A DNA stretch of 64,000 bases. Origin: an uncultured Spirochaetota bacterium (GTDB lineage: Bacteria > Spirochaetota > Spirochaetia > SZUA-6 > Fen-1364). Numbering within the stretch: position 1 is the stretch's first letter; every line of letters begins with the position of its first letter. A program made the translations under genes and the position numbers. Under the pieces are notes generated by a model. It ran no database searches, was not told where the DNA came from, and worked only from the letters and a program-made list of their open reading frames with translations. The stretch is taken from assembly GCA_963845535.1 (NCBI GenBank), contig CAWJSK010000013.1:96001-160000 (forward strand), given 5' to 3'. Shown here in pieces: positions 1 to 8,871 of the stretch.

Positions 1-2
1 CC

Positions 3-263
3 GTGCGCGGAACGGAGTTCGACTTCGACGGGCTCACTGTCAACGTGATAAACGGTGTGGTGCAGTTCTCTAACGCTCTGGGCCAGTATCGCAACGTGCC
101 CGGAGGGGAGGGGAGCTCGACCAACGGAAATCAGACTCCAACAACGGGGGACCAGCAGCTTGACAATCTGGTCACCGTAACTCCATACACGTCACCCACA
201 GGCGGCGGGGTGCTCCCCACGAGTCAGACGCAGCCCGCAACTGTGACCGTAACGTGGCAGTAG
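3..263 (+). CDS. FecR-domain protein, C-terminal part (5' end outside window) with Thr/Pro/Gly-rich tail
   Basis: Translation begins 'VRGTEF..V.V..G.V.F', the typical FecR-domain motif; stop at 263, then GAAGG before the next ATG at 277. Confidence 0.7.
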   Translation: MRGTEFDFDGLTVNVINGVVQFSNALGQYRNVPGGEGSSTNGNQTPTTGDQQLDNLVTVTPYTSPTGGGVLPTSQTQPATVTVTWQ

Positions 264-276
264 CCGGGGGAAGGTC

Positions 277-1465
277 ATGAAACTGAATAAGGCAATCAGG
301 CTTTCTTTGGTTTGTGCGGCAGCGGCTGTGTCGATTGTCATCACGGGGTGCTACATGATGCCGGGGGCTGGCAACGGGACCGCGAAGGTCGCCGTGGCCG
401 TGGGCGCGAAAGGGATCCCGGCGAACCTGACCTCCGTGGCACTGGTTGTGACCGCCCCGGGTATGGCGACAATTTCCACCACCGCTTCCGTGACCGCAGG
501 CAGCATCACAGTTTCAGTACCCGCAGGGCCTTCCAGGACATTCACCCTGCTCCTGAATGGCCCGTCGGCCACCCTCGAGGGCGTGGCAACGGTTGACCTG
601 CAGCCCGGGGAAACCACGACAGTCAACGTCACCCCGACGCTCGGGGCAACGCAGATAGTTGTTCCGGACTATAGCGCTGGTCGGGTGGTTCAGATTAGCG
701 ACATGACCGGCACGGGATGGACTATGCTGTCGAACACAGACGCCGTTTCCCGCATGCGTGGCTTTCGACAGTCTTGGTCGACTCTATGTGGCGAGCGTGC
801 TTTATCATTTCCAGATGAACGACATCTCGGGCACTAGTGCACTACGCTGGCACCTCATCCAGGGCCCCCAATTGCGTCAATGGCCATGGATCTGACCCGC
901 GGTTTGTTATATTTCATCGACAGTACTTACCTCTATGGCGTGCAGGTCACTCCTACTTTGGGCGCGCAGCAGTCAGTTCTTCTCTCCACAATTTTCGGCG
1001 GCACCACTTCTCCTTCCGGTATCGCAGTGGATTCCGATGGGTTTCTTTATATCACCAATACCTCCCTGACACCTTCAATTGCAAAGGTCAACGCCAGCAC
1101 ATTCTTGAGTCCAAAGGTCGTCGCAAGTTAGGCAGCACTCTCGCACAAACTACTTTTGGGACGTTCTCGTGAAAGACAACGATGTTTACGTCACCGACTT
1201 CACGGCCAAGAAGATTCTTCGTTTCACGAAAAACCTTGCGCCCGTAGATTCCTTCCCTGGTCCGACATCGGACCTGATTTCTGGGACCTGAAAGGTTTGT
1301 CGCCATCCTGAACAAACCGATCACTGTCATTGATGAATCGGGTACCTTTCCCTTTCAAGTCAGGCTTGTCTCTTTCAACGACATTACCGGAGCGGGCTGG
1401 ACTACGTATGGAAGCTATGGGACTTCGACGCCAGTCCGGGCCAGTTCCAGTTCTATATTTCGTAG
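277..1465 (+). pseudogene. Lipoprotein with Ig-like N-domain and NHL/beta-propeller repeats, fragmented by at least 5 frame disruptions (pseudogene or assembly errors); paralogue of 3382..4575
   Basis: Lipobox 'IVITGC'; first ~150 aa closely match 3382..4575. Homology continues across frames (VAFDSLGRLYVAS; SGIAVDSDGFLYI; WDVLVKDNDVYVTD; FLGPERFVAILNKPITV; SFNDITGAGWTTYGS; GQFQFYIS* ending TAG 1463-1465). Confidence 0.8.
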
Positions 1466-1485
1466 ACAATGGGCACGGCGGACTG

Positions 1486-3300
1486 ATGGCGGATGAGCGG
1501 TACATAGCCGCGCACGTAGAAGCGCACCCCGCGGACAGAGGGCGTGTGCTCGTCTCCAATCGAAGCACTGGCCGTCCCGACGTTTTGTCGGATCAATTGT
1601 TCGGAATCCTCAGACGCGCGGACAGATTTGATTCACTCGCCGGCCATGCAAAAAGGATCTTCGCCTCGGGGTGGGAGGACGACGGAACCGGATTCGTCGA
1701 AGCCGCTTTCCGTGAACTTGCTGCTCGCGGGCTCCTTGTCTCGGAAAGCGCATTCAGAGCGTCCGTGCTGGAAAAAGCCGTCAGCCAGGAGGCGCCGCCG
1801 CCTGTCAGCTCCGTAAGCGTGCCGACGCGTGACCGGGTTCCCCAACTCCAACGATGCCTAGGAAGCTGGATCCAGAACAACGAGAAGTATGATCGTCATC
1901 CTTCGTATATCATCCTCGACGGTTCACGGGACGAGAATCAACTCAAGATTCGAGACATGCTCAAGCCTTTTGCCGCAAAGGGAGCGCGGACTCTTTACGC
2001 TGGGAAAAAGGAAAAGACACATTTTATAGAAGAACTTGTCCGAACGGCAAAGGGTGACGGGCTCCCGGAAGAGGCTGTCGCTTTTGCTCTGTTCGGAGAT
2101 GAAGCATTCGTGCACACCTTCGGAGTCAATCGGAACGCCTGCCTTCTTGCCACTCCGGGCGAGCTGTCTTTGATGACGGATGACGATATCGTGTGCCAGC
2201 CTGCAATGCCTGAAGAACCGACTCCGGCGCTTTTTCTCAGCTCACTCATGGATCCACTCGTCAACAATTTCTATGCCGACCGAAAGCAACTAACGGAATC
2301 TGTGCGGACCACCGAGGTCGATGTTCTTTCCTGCCACGAAAAACTGCTCGGCCGCACCATTGGCGGATGCCTGTCGGCTTTGGGTCCTGATTCAGCTCTG
2401 GACGTCAAGAGCGTTGCACCTGCCTCCGCGTGCGTTTTCGCAAGGGGATCAAATGTCGTCAAGGTCACCACCGCGGGATCATGGGGGGATTCGGGAATGG
2501 AGTCACCCCATATGTTCCTGGAACTGAATGACGAATCGCGTGACCTTCTTCTGCGCTCGGAACATCTGTATGCCAGGGCCAAGGTGAGCAGAGAAGTCCT
2601 GCGGCAAATTTCCGGTTATACCATCAGCGTGGTCGCCAGGTTCGCGGGCATGAACATCGGGATCGACAATCGCTCGCTTCTGCCCCCGTTCCTCCCCGTC
2701 GGCAGGAATGAAGACGGAACTTTCGCCATGAACCTGCACCTTTGCGTTGACGACGCGCTTGTCGGACATATTCCTGTCGCCGTGCTGCACTCGCCTTCGG
2801 ACTTGCGCAGGTATGAGCCCGGTCCTATCCCTAATCCCGCTCCAAGGTTTGCTGAAATCGTTTCAACAATCGCAAGCAGCTTTCGTCCTTCCCCGGGGCG
2901 CTCGAGCGTCTCCGAGAAGCTTTCCGCCCTCGCCAGGCTGTATGTCGACATCGGATCGATGAACGCAGCCGATTTCCGGGGGCATATCGAAGCATTGTGG
3001 GTTTCTGAATCCAGCCGCTATATCAACTTTCTTGAATATCTTCTTGATGTGCACCATGGCCAACCGGACTACTGGGCTGAGGACGTGCAATCATTCATTG
3101 AAAGGCTTACTGATTTCACCGTGCAACAGTCCGCTGCAATACCACGCGAGCTTCCGGAAAGCCAATCCACGGAGCAGAAAATCGAAACCAGTCGGAGCGT
3201 CGTGCGCAGGTTCGGTCAACTGCTTCAGTGGTGGCCGGTGATATACGACGCTGCGGGCAAGCTTCGCGAGGCGGGCATTCGGCTGGCAAAGCCCATATAG
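1486..3300 (+). CDS. GT-A fold (GT2-like) glycosyltransferase with putative N-terminal PqqD/RRE-like domain
   Basis: GT2 motifs 'VSVPTRDRVPQLQRCL', 'YIILDGS', 'NRNACLL...MTDDDIVC' (DxD), 'GRNEDG'; N-terminal ~90 aa ends in 'FRELAARGLLV'. Start placed at ATG 1486 because 1330-1465 encodes the upstream lipoprotein. Confidence 0.7.
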   Translation: MADERYIAAHVEAHPADRGRVLVSNRSTGRPDVLSDQLFGILRRADRFDSLAGHAKRIFASGWEDDGTGFVEAAFRELAARGLLVSESAFRASVLEKAVSQEAPPPVSSVSVPTRDRVPQLQRCLGSWIQNNEKYDRHPSYIILDGSRDENQLKIRDMLKPFAAKGARTLYAGKKEKTHFIEELVRTAKGDGLPEEAVAFALFGDEAFVHTFGVNRNACLLATPGELSLMTDDDIVCQPAMPEEPTPALFLSSLMDPLVNNFYADRKQLTESVRTTEVDVLSCHEKLLGRTIGGCLSALGPDSALDVKSVAPASACVFARGSNVVKVTTAGSWGDSGMESPHMFLELNDESRDLLLRSEHLYARAKVSREVLRQISGYTISVVARFAGMNIGIDNRSLLPPFLPVGRNEDGTFAMNLHLCVDDALVGHIPVAVLHSPSDLRRYEPGPIPNPAPRFAEIVSTIASSFRPSPGRSSVSEKLSALARLYVDIGSMNAADFRGHIEALWVSESSRYINFLEYLLDVHHGQPDYWAEDVQSFIERLTDFTVQQSAAIPRELPESQSTEQKIETSRSVVRRFGQLLQWWPVIYDAAGKLREAGIRLAKPI

Positions 3301-3381
3301 CCCTTGGACCACAGCGCCGTTTTTTCCGGAAGGCGGCCTGATTCGAAAATGGAAGCAATCCTGGGCTCGCAGAAAGGGACG

Positions 3382-4575
3382 ATGATGAAGAGACCCGCGA
3401 GGCTGTCACTCGCCGTTGTGCTAACTGCAATGCTCATTGCCTTTACGGGGTGCTACCTCATGCCCGGTTCCGGCAACGGAAAGGCGAAGGTTTCCATTGG
3501 CGTGAAAGGCCTCCCTCCGAACCTCGCTTCGGTGGTGTTGGTAGTGACGGCCCCCGGGATGGCGCCCATCACGACGACGGCATCGATCAACGCAGGCAGC
3601 ATTACCGTTTCCGTCCCCGCCGGTCCGGCCCGGACCTTCACGCTGCTTCTCAATAGCGCCTCTGCCACACTTCAAGGGTCAGCGACGGTCGACCTTCAGG
3701 CCGGACAGACTACTTCGATCAACCTTACGCCGACGCTCGGGGCAACGCAGATCGTGATCCCTGACAACCTCAACAATCGCATTGTTCAAATCAGCGATAT
3801 GAATGGCAGCGGATGGGTGGCGAAGATAGGGGACGATTTCGGTCTTGCGGGCCAGTTGCTGCAGCCATACGCCGTCGATTTCGACAGCACGGGGAGGATC
3901 TATATTGCGAATGGCTCCGGCGCAGGGGGAGGGTTGCTCCGGATAAATGACATCAATCATACAAATCCCTTTGATCTCGTGGACAGCACGACGGGCATAA
4001 CAATGGTAGCGGTCGACCGGAAAAATGGGCGCGTTTACTACTCGATCGGGGACATCAACCTCCCTTGGAAAAGCACTGACCTGCTCAACTCCGGGTCGTT
4101 CGTTCTTACGCAGGATGAGCCGGCCGCGACCGGCATGGCAGCCATTGCCGCGGACGATCAAGGGATGCTCTATATCGTGGACTACGAATCAACGAGTTAT
4201 AAGATTCTGAAGTACAACCCAAGCCTGTCTTCAGGTCGCGTGGTCGCCGCCTCGGGCCCGGGTTTGTCTCTCGTGACGCCGAGGGGCATCATGGTGAAAG
4301 GCCCGTACGTCTATGTTTGCGACATCGGGTCCCTCAGCGTCTCACGTCTGGACAAGAACCTGCAGTATATCGACTCGTTTCAGGGACCTCCCACGGATCC
4401 GTTTGTTGGGCCAACTGCGTTCCTGGCGGTTCTCGACAAGAGCATCACGGTCATGGACGATGTCTTCCTCACCAAGAGGTTGGCATCGTTCGACAACATT
4501 ACGGGAAGCGGATGGCTGACGTTCGGTTCCGTCGGCACAGGCCAGGGACAGTTCAAGTTCTTCAATGGGGGCTGA
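3382..4575 (+). CDS. Lipoprotein with Ig-like N-domain and NHL-repeat beta-propeller
   Basis: SD AAAGGGA; signal plus lipobox 'IAFTGC'; NHL-like blades 'PYAVDFDSTGRIYIAN', 'AIAADDQGMLYIVD', 'PRGIMVKGPYVYVCD'; C-terminal 'GSVGTGQGQF'. Confidence 0.8.
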   Translation: MMKRPARLSLAVVLTAMLIAFTGCYLMPGSGNGKAKVSIGVKGLPPNLASVVLVVTAPGMAPITTTASINAGSITVSVPAGPARTFTLLLNSASATLQGSATVDLQAGQTTSINLTPTLGATQIVIPDNLNNRIVQISDMNGSGWVAKIGDDFGLAGQLLQPYAVDFDSTGRIYIANGSGAGGGLLRINDINHTNPFDLVDSTTGITMVAVDRKNGRVYYSIGDINLPWKSTDLLNSGSFVLTQDEPAATGMAAIAADDQGMLYIVDYESTSYKILKYNPSLSSGRVVAASGPGLSLVTPRGIMVKGPYVYVCDIGSLSVSRLDKNLQYIDSFQGPPTDPFVGPTAFLAVLDKSITVMDDVFLTKRLASFDNITGSGWLTFGSVGTGQGQFKFFNGG

Positions 4576-4593
4576 CGGTTTGCAGCCTTGGGT

Positions 4594-7299
4594 CTATTTC
4601 GTCGTCAGGTTGAAGACGCCGTCCCAGTTGGCAGCGGGCGGTTTCACCAGGAAGTCCTGGCACGACTTGACGTACCGCTGCGCCGGGCCGTCATTCGGCA
4701 GGACGCGCAGCGCTTCCTCGAAGGTGGCCCGCGCCCGCGCCCAGTCTTTCTGCTCGAATTGCTCCAACCCGCGGTGGAAGATTTCGACGGCTTGCACCAC
4801 CGCTTTCTCAGCTTTGCCTTTTTCCTCGATCAGCTCAAAAAGCCTGACGGGCTGAGTGATGCCCACCACGCGCACGCGGTCGAGCTTGCGCGTCAGGAAG
4901 TCATCACCCAGGGAAGCCTGGGTGGCGTCGCTTGTCAGAATCCAGGTCCCGTACTGCTTGTTGACGCCTTCCAGGCGCGAGGCGAGGTTCACCGAGCTTC
5001 CCATCATCGTATAGTCCATCCTTTTCAGCGTGCCCATGTTCCCCACGGTCATCTCACCGGTGTTGATGCCGACCCGCGTGTGCAGCTCCGCAGGAGACAG
5101 CTTTTCCGCAAGGAACTTCTGGTTGAGCGCCGTCTCCGCTCTTTTGATGCGGATTGCGGCCATGCATGCGCGGCGCGCGTGGTCCGGGAGATCCACGGGC
5201 GCGCCGAAGAATGAAATGATTGCATCCCCTTCGTATTTGTCGATGGTGCCCCGCACGTCGAGGATGATGTCGCTCATCTCCGTGAGGTAGAGGTTGACCA
5301 GGTGAACCAGCGCGCCAGGATCCAGGACCTCAGAGACCGTAGAGAATCCCTTGATGTCCGTGAACATGGCGGTCAGGACTTTCTTTTCACCGCCAAGGTT
5401 CAGCTTCTCAGGGTTGGCCAGCAGGTCGGTGATGACCTCAGATGAAAGATAGTGCGCCCAGGCGTTGCGCACGAAGCTCTTCTCTCTCTCCGTTCGGAGG
5501 AACTTCACCGCGGTAAAGGCAAGGAAAGTGAGAAAAACGGAAGCCGTGGAGGTGAGCGCATCCGCATAGATTCCCGTAAGGAGGAAAAAGACGATGAAGA
5601 GGCCGAAAAGCACCACCACGCTGGAAGCTCCAACCACCAGAGAGCGCAAGGCGTCCAGGTTGATGATTGCAAGCGTCACGGCAAATGACAGGATCAGGGC
5701 GATGAGAATCCCGTACCACCACGGCAGCTGATTGAGAAACCGGCCTTGCAGGATGGTGTTCACCACGGACGCATGCGTGCCCACGTTCACATACTGGCCC
5801 ACAAACGGATTCACCCCGATATCCGTGGTCGAAGTGGCGGTAATCCCGATGATGCAGAACGAGCCCGGCAGGTTCTTCGCCAGGATGTCCCGGGTCTTCG
5901 TAAGGTTGTCATAGACGCCGCGGGTTTCCGCGAAGACCTTCGGCACTTCCTGTTTCACCGCTTCCGCGTTTGCGCGGTCACTCTTTGCCAGGCGCGCGTT
6001 TGCAAGGACTTTGTCGATATCCGCGGTGATGCGGCTCTCAGCGTCGCCGCCCAGGAACTGCCCCACCGCGTCGAAGAACGCTATGCGGGCCTTCTTGTAC
6101 GTGTCCATGGATGAGAGATCACCCCCGCCGAGCATGTCGTTCTTCAACCCTTCGCAGTAATTGTACATGTCGAGGAGGGCGGTTTGTCCCTTGTAGTAGG
6201 AAAGGTACCCGGATTGGTCCATCAGCTTGAGGTTGTAGACCAGGTCTTCCTCGAGCTGCCTGTGGTACACCAGTTCATAGAAGCTCAAGTGCCGGAAGCT
6301 GTTGAGATAGGTATGCGGAGACCAGTTGATCATGAAGAGCCCGTCGGGCGCAAGGGGGATGGCGATATCCTTGTCCCCGCCTTCGGGAAGATGTGCTCCC
6401 TTCAACAATATCTGGCCTCTTTTCAAGACGATGGCCGGATCTCCCAGCCAATCCAGGAGAGGCCGAAAGGCGAGCTGGGCGAAGTATTTCCCTTGATACG
6501 ATTTGATCAGGTCGATCCGGCGCCTCACGCCGTCCGGGTCCACAACGACGTTGGGGAATCCTGCGCCGCGCGCCCCCTGGAGGACGGGAAGAATGGCCGG
6601 ATTCAGTGACGCCGCCTCGCGAACGGGATCAGACTGCACCGTCACGTTTTTCAGCGCAAGGTTGTCGAACGCGAATTGCGCGAGGTCCGTGTTTGCGTTC
6701 TCATCAGGGGCGTCGGGAGCGGCAACCGTGAAATAGGCGGAGCCGAAGAACCGCGCCGCCTTGCCGAGGTACGCGTCGTTGTCCCGCTCCACGCTCTTCA
6801 CATCGTTCAAGAGCTTGACTTTTTCCTGGTCGGTGAAGCCCTGCAGATCGGACACGGCCCCGGGAACGTCCCTGATGGGCAGGGTCCCCGAGCGGATAGC
6901 GTCGGAGAGCTGCTGGAGGTTGGTCTGTATCTGGGAGAACTCCTGGTTGAATGCGTCAGGAACGGTCTGGCGCAGCGCAAACGTATCCAGCCCCCGGGGG
7001 CTCTTGTTGACGTACTCGATATCGAAGACCGCTTGAGCGGCGCCGAACTCCCGCATGAGGATGAGGCCGTTTGCCATGACGTCCCTGCTCCACGGCCACT
7101 GTCCGACTTTCGAGATGGCAATATCATCCACGTCGAGCAGGAGGATGGAAGGATTCTCCGCCACGGCCGGCTTCACGTGCAGGAACAGGTCGTAGACACG
7201 CTGCTCGATCCTGTTCATTGCCCCCACGGCAGCAAGGACAAAGAACAAGACCACGACCGAGGCCGGGATGATGAAGTCGAAGCGGTTCTTCGAGAACAT
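4594..7299 (-). CDS. CHASE2-domain class III adenylate cyclase with C-terminal TPR-like helices
   Basis: CHASE2 motifs 'GQWPWSR', 'DPDGVRRR', 'GTHASVVNTIL'; 3 TM helices; cyclase motifs 'MFTDIKGFST', 'DKYEGDAII', 'RMDYTMMGSSVNLASRLEG' (K/D pair suggests ATP specificity). Confidence 0.92.
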   Translation of the reverse strand: MFSKNRFDFIIPASVVVLFFVLAAVGAMNRIEQRVYDLFLHVKPAVAENPSILLLDVDDIAISKVGQWPWSRDVMANGLILMREFGAAQAVFDIEYVNKSPRGLDTFALRQTVPDAFNQEFSQIQTNLQQLSDAIRSGTLPIRDVPGAVSDLQGFTDQEKVKLLNDVKSVERDNDAYLGKAARFFGSAYFTVAAPDAPDENANTDLAQFAFDNLALKNVTVQSDPVREAASLNPAILPVLQGARGAGFPNVVVDPDGVRRRIDLIKSYQGKYFAQLAFRPLLDWLGDPAIVLKRGQILLKGAHLPEGGDKDIAIPLAPDGLFMINWSPHTYLNSFRHLSFYELVYHRQLEEDLVYNLKLMDQSGYLSYYKGQTALLDMYNYCEGLKNDMLGGGDLSSMDTYKKARIAFFDAVGQFLGGDAESRITADIDKVLANARLAKSDRANAEAVKQEVPKVFAETRGVYDNLTKTRDILAKNLPGSFCIIGITATSTTDIGVNPFVGQYVNVGTHASVVNTILQGRFLNQLPWWYGILIALILSFAVTLAIINLDALRSLVVGASSVVVLFGLFIVFFLLTGIYADALTSTASVFLTFLAFTAVKFLRTEREKSFVRNAWAHYLSSEVITDLLANPEKLNLGGEKKVLTAMFTDIKGFSTVSEVLDPGALVHLVNLYLTEMSDIILDVRGTIDKYEGDAIISFFGAPVDLPDHARRACMAAIRIKRAETALNQKFLAEKLSPAELHTRVGINTGEMTVGNMGTLKRMDYTMMGSSVNLASRLEGVNKQYGTWILTSDATQASLGDDFLTRKLDRVRVVGITQPVRLFELIEEKGKAEKAVVQAVEIFHRGLEQFEQKDWARARATFEEALRVLPNDGPAQRYVKSCQDFLVKPPAANWDGVFNLTTK

Positions 7300-7317
7300 G
7301 AAAACCTCCGCCGTCAG

Positions 7318-7366
7318 GGAATCCTGTTGTCTGGCTCCGAGAGTAGCACATCCGCAACAGGAATCC
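7318..7366. promoter_or_regulatory. 12-bp inverted repeat with 25-nt spacer just upstream of the cyclase RBS
   Basis: GGAATCCTGTTG (7318-7329) ... CAACAGGAATCC (7355-7366), 11/12 complementary. Confidence 0.4.
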
Positions 7367-7432
7367 TATGACGGCGCGCCGCCCACCGTCGACGCCGCGG
7401 CCGGGACCGAAGGTGAAAAAAAAGTGTTCTCA

Positions 7433-7462
7433 TTTCGTCCCGATCGATCGATCTGGACGAAA
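7433..7462. promoter_or_regulatory. 30-bp near-perfect palindrome with three tandem GATC, upstream of FnIII lipoprotein
   Basis: TTTCGTCCCGATCGATCGATCTGGACGAAA; one mismatched pair. Confidence 0.45.
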
Positions 7463-7517
7463 GCTGCCTCCGATTCCTCTAGATTCTGTGTAACTCAAAA
7501 CTTTGGAGGAGAGCAGA

Positions 7518-8792
7518 ATGAAAGCACGGTTCCTTCTTCCGGCAGCCATGATCCTCTTGGCATCGGTCCTGCCCGTTCTCACCGGCTGTGGCGGAGGCGG
7601 CGGCGGTGACGGCGCCGGGGCGCCTTCGGCTCCGGTGATCCAGGCGACTCCCGGAAATGCGCAGGTAACAGTAACGTGGTCCGCCGTCTCAGGGGCGACA
7701 TCGTACAACCTTTACTGGTCCACGAACGCCGGCGTTACGACAACGAACGGGAACAAGATCGTGGGCGCCAGCAGCCCCTATGTTCATTCTTCTCGTACAA
7801 ACAACCAGAGGTACTACTACATCGCTACGGCGGCAAGCTCAGGAGGCGAATCCGCTGCATCTCCCGAGGTCAGCGCGGTACCGGCCACCAATCCTGCTCC
7901 TGCCTCTCCATCGATATCTGCCGAAGCGGTGAGCACCACGGCGGTGACCATCAGCTGGCCCGCGGTGAGCGGGGCTGCCTCATATAACCTCTATTATGGA
8001 ACGAGCCCCGGCGTCACGACGAGCGGAACAAAGGTCGCCGGGATCACAAGCCCGTACACCCAACTTGGGCTCACGTGCGGCACGAAGTACTACTTCGTGG
8101 CTACGGCAGTGAGCGCCGCGGCAAGCGAATCAACCACGTCTTCTGAGGTGGGCGCGACCCCCGCCCCGTACATCAAAGCGTTGGTTTTTGTCAACTCGGA
8201 TGGAACACCTATCAACGAACAAGTCTGGGTCAATGCTTCCAGCACGGGTTCGACCATCTCCACCGGCGCCACGGTTACGCTGATCGTGAACGGCATAGCA
8301 AACAGCATTCCATGGAGCGCGTCGAACAATAGCTTTAGCGGTGGTGCAGCGGTACCGGCTGGCGCTTCGATTGTCGTCAACGTGACCTACAGCGGAGTCA
8401 CCTATAGCGCGTCGGCGACTCAATATTCTTCGTATCCAACCGTGAGTCAGCCGACACCGGGCGCTGCCTGGGATCACATGACTGGCAATACCATTGTGTG
8501 GTCAGGAGGGTCACCGACAACGGGCTCGTCCATCCTTGCCGCAGTCATCGGCAGCTCGGGCATTGCCTGGCCGCTTTCGAGCACGAATCCCCAGGAAGTT
8601 CCGATTGGCGCCGGCGGGGCGACGGTTCCCCCAATGATCCTGACGGCAGGCGGCGCCATTGTGCTCGTTGGAATTGCAACAACGGGATCAGTGAGCGACG
8701 GGGCCGTTGATGGGATTGCTTTCAGCAAAACGCTTCCCCACTCAAGTTTGTACGTGGGAGGCGGCGTCATGATTCCCATCATAGTCAATTAA
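7518..8792 (+). CDS. Surface lipoprotein with two fibronectin type III domains
   Basis: SD GGAGGAG; lipobox 'VLTGC' then Gly linker; two repeats of 'VT(V/I)(T/S)W.AVSGA.SYNLY...SPY...(R/K)YY..ATA...ES..S.EV.A.P'. Confidence 0.85.
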   Translation: MKARFLLPAAMILLASVLPVLTGCGGGGGGDGAGAPSAPVIQATPGNAQVTVTWSAVSGATSYNLYWSTNAGVTTTNGNKIVGASSPYVHSSRTNNQRYYYIATAASSGGESAASPEVSAVPATNPAPASPSISAEAVSTTAVTISWPAVSGAASYNLYYGTSPGVTTSGTKVAGITSPYTQLGLTCGTKYYFVATAVSAAASESTTSSEVGATPAPYIKALVFVNSDGTPINEQVWVNASSTGSTISTGATVTLIVNGIANSIPWSASNNSFSGGAAVPAGASIVVNVTYSGVTYSASATQYSSYPTVSQPTPGAAWDHMTGNTIVWSGGSPTTGSSILAAVIGSSGIAWPLSSTNPQEVPIGAGGATVPPMILTAGGAIVLVGIATTGSVSDGAVDGIAFSKTLPHSSLYVGGGVMIPIIVN

Positions 8793-8871
8793 GGAAAAGT
8801 TCAGTCTCGAGGGGGGGCTTTCCGCAAGGTTGGCTCCCCTTTCCCGGCACGTTCTGCTACAGTGGCCCCTG

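Noticed and set aside
1129..1131. TAG readthrough (pyrrolysine or recoding) in lipoprotein 1
   Set aside because: Homology resumes in a different frame, so this is an indel; other genes use TAG as a normal stop
1330..1485. N-terminal extension of the glycosyltransferase ORF as in the ORF track
   Set aside because: This DNA encodes the C-terminus of the upstream lipoprotein in other frames, matching its paralogue
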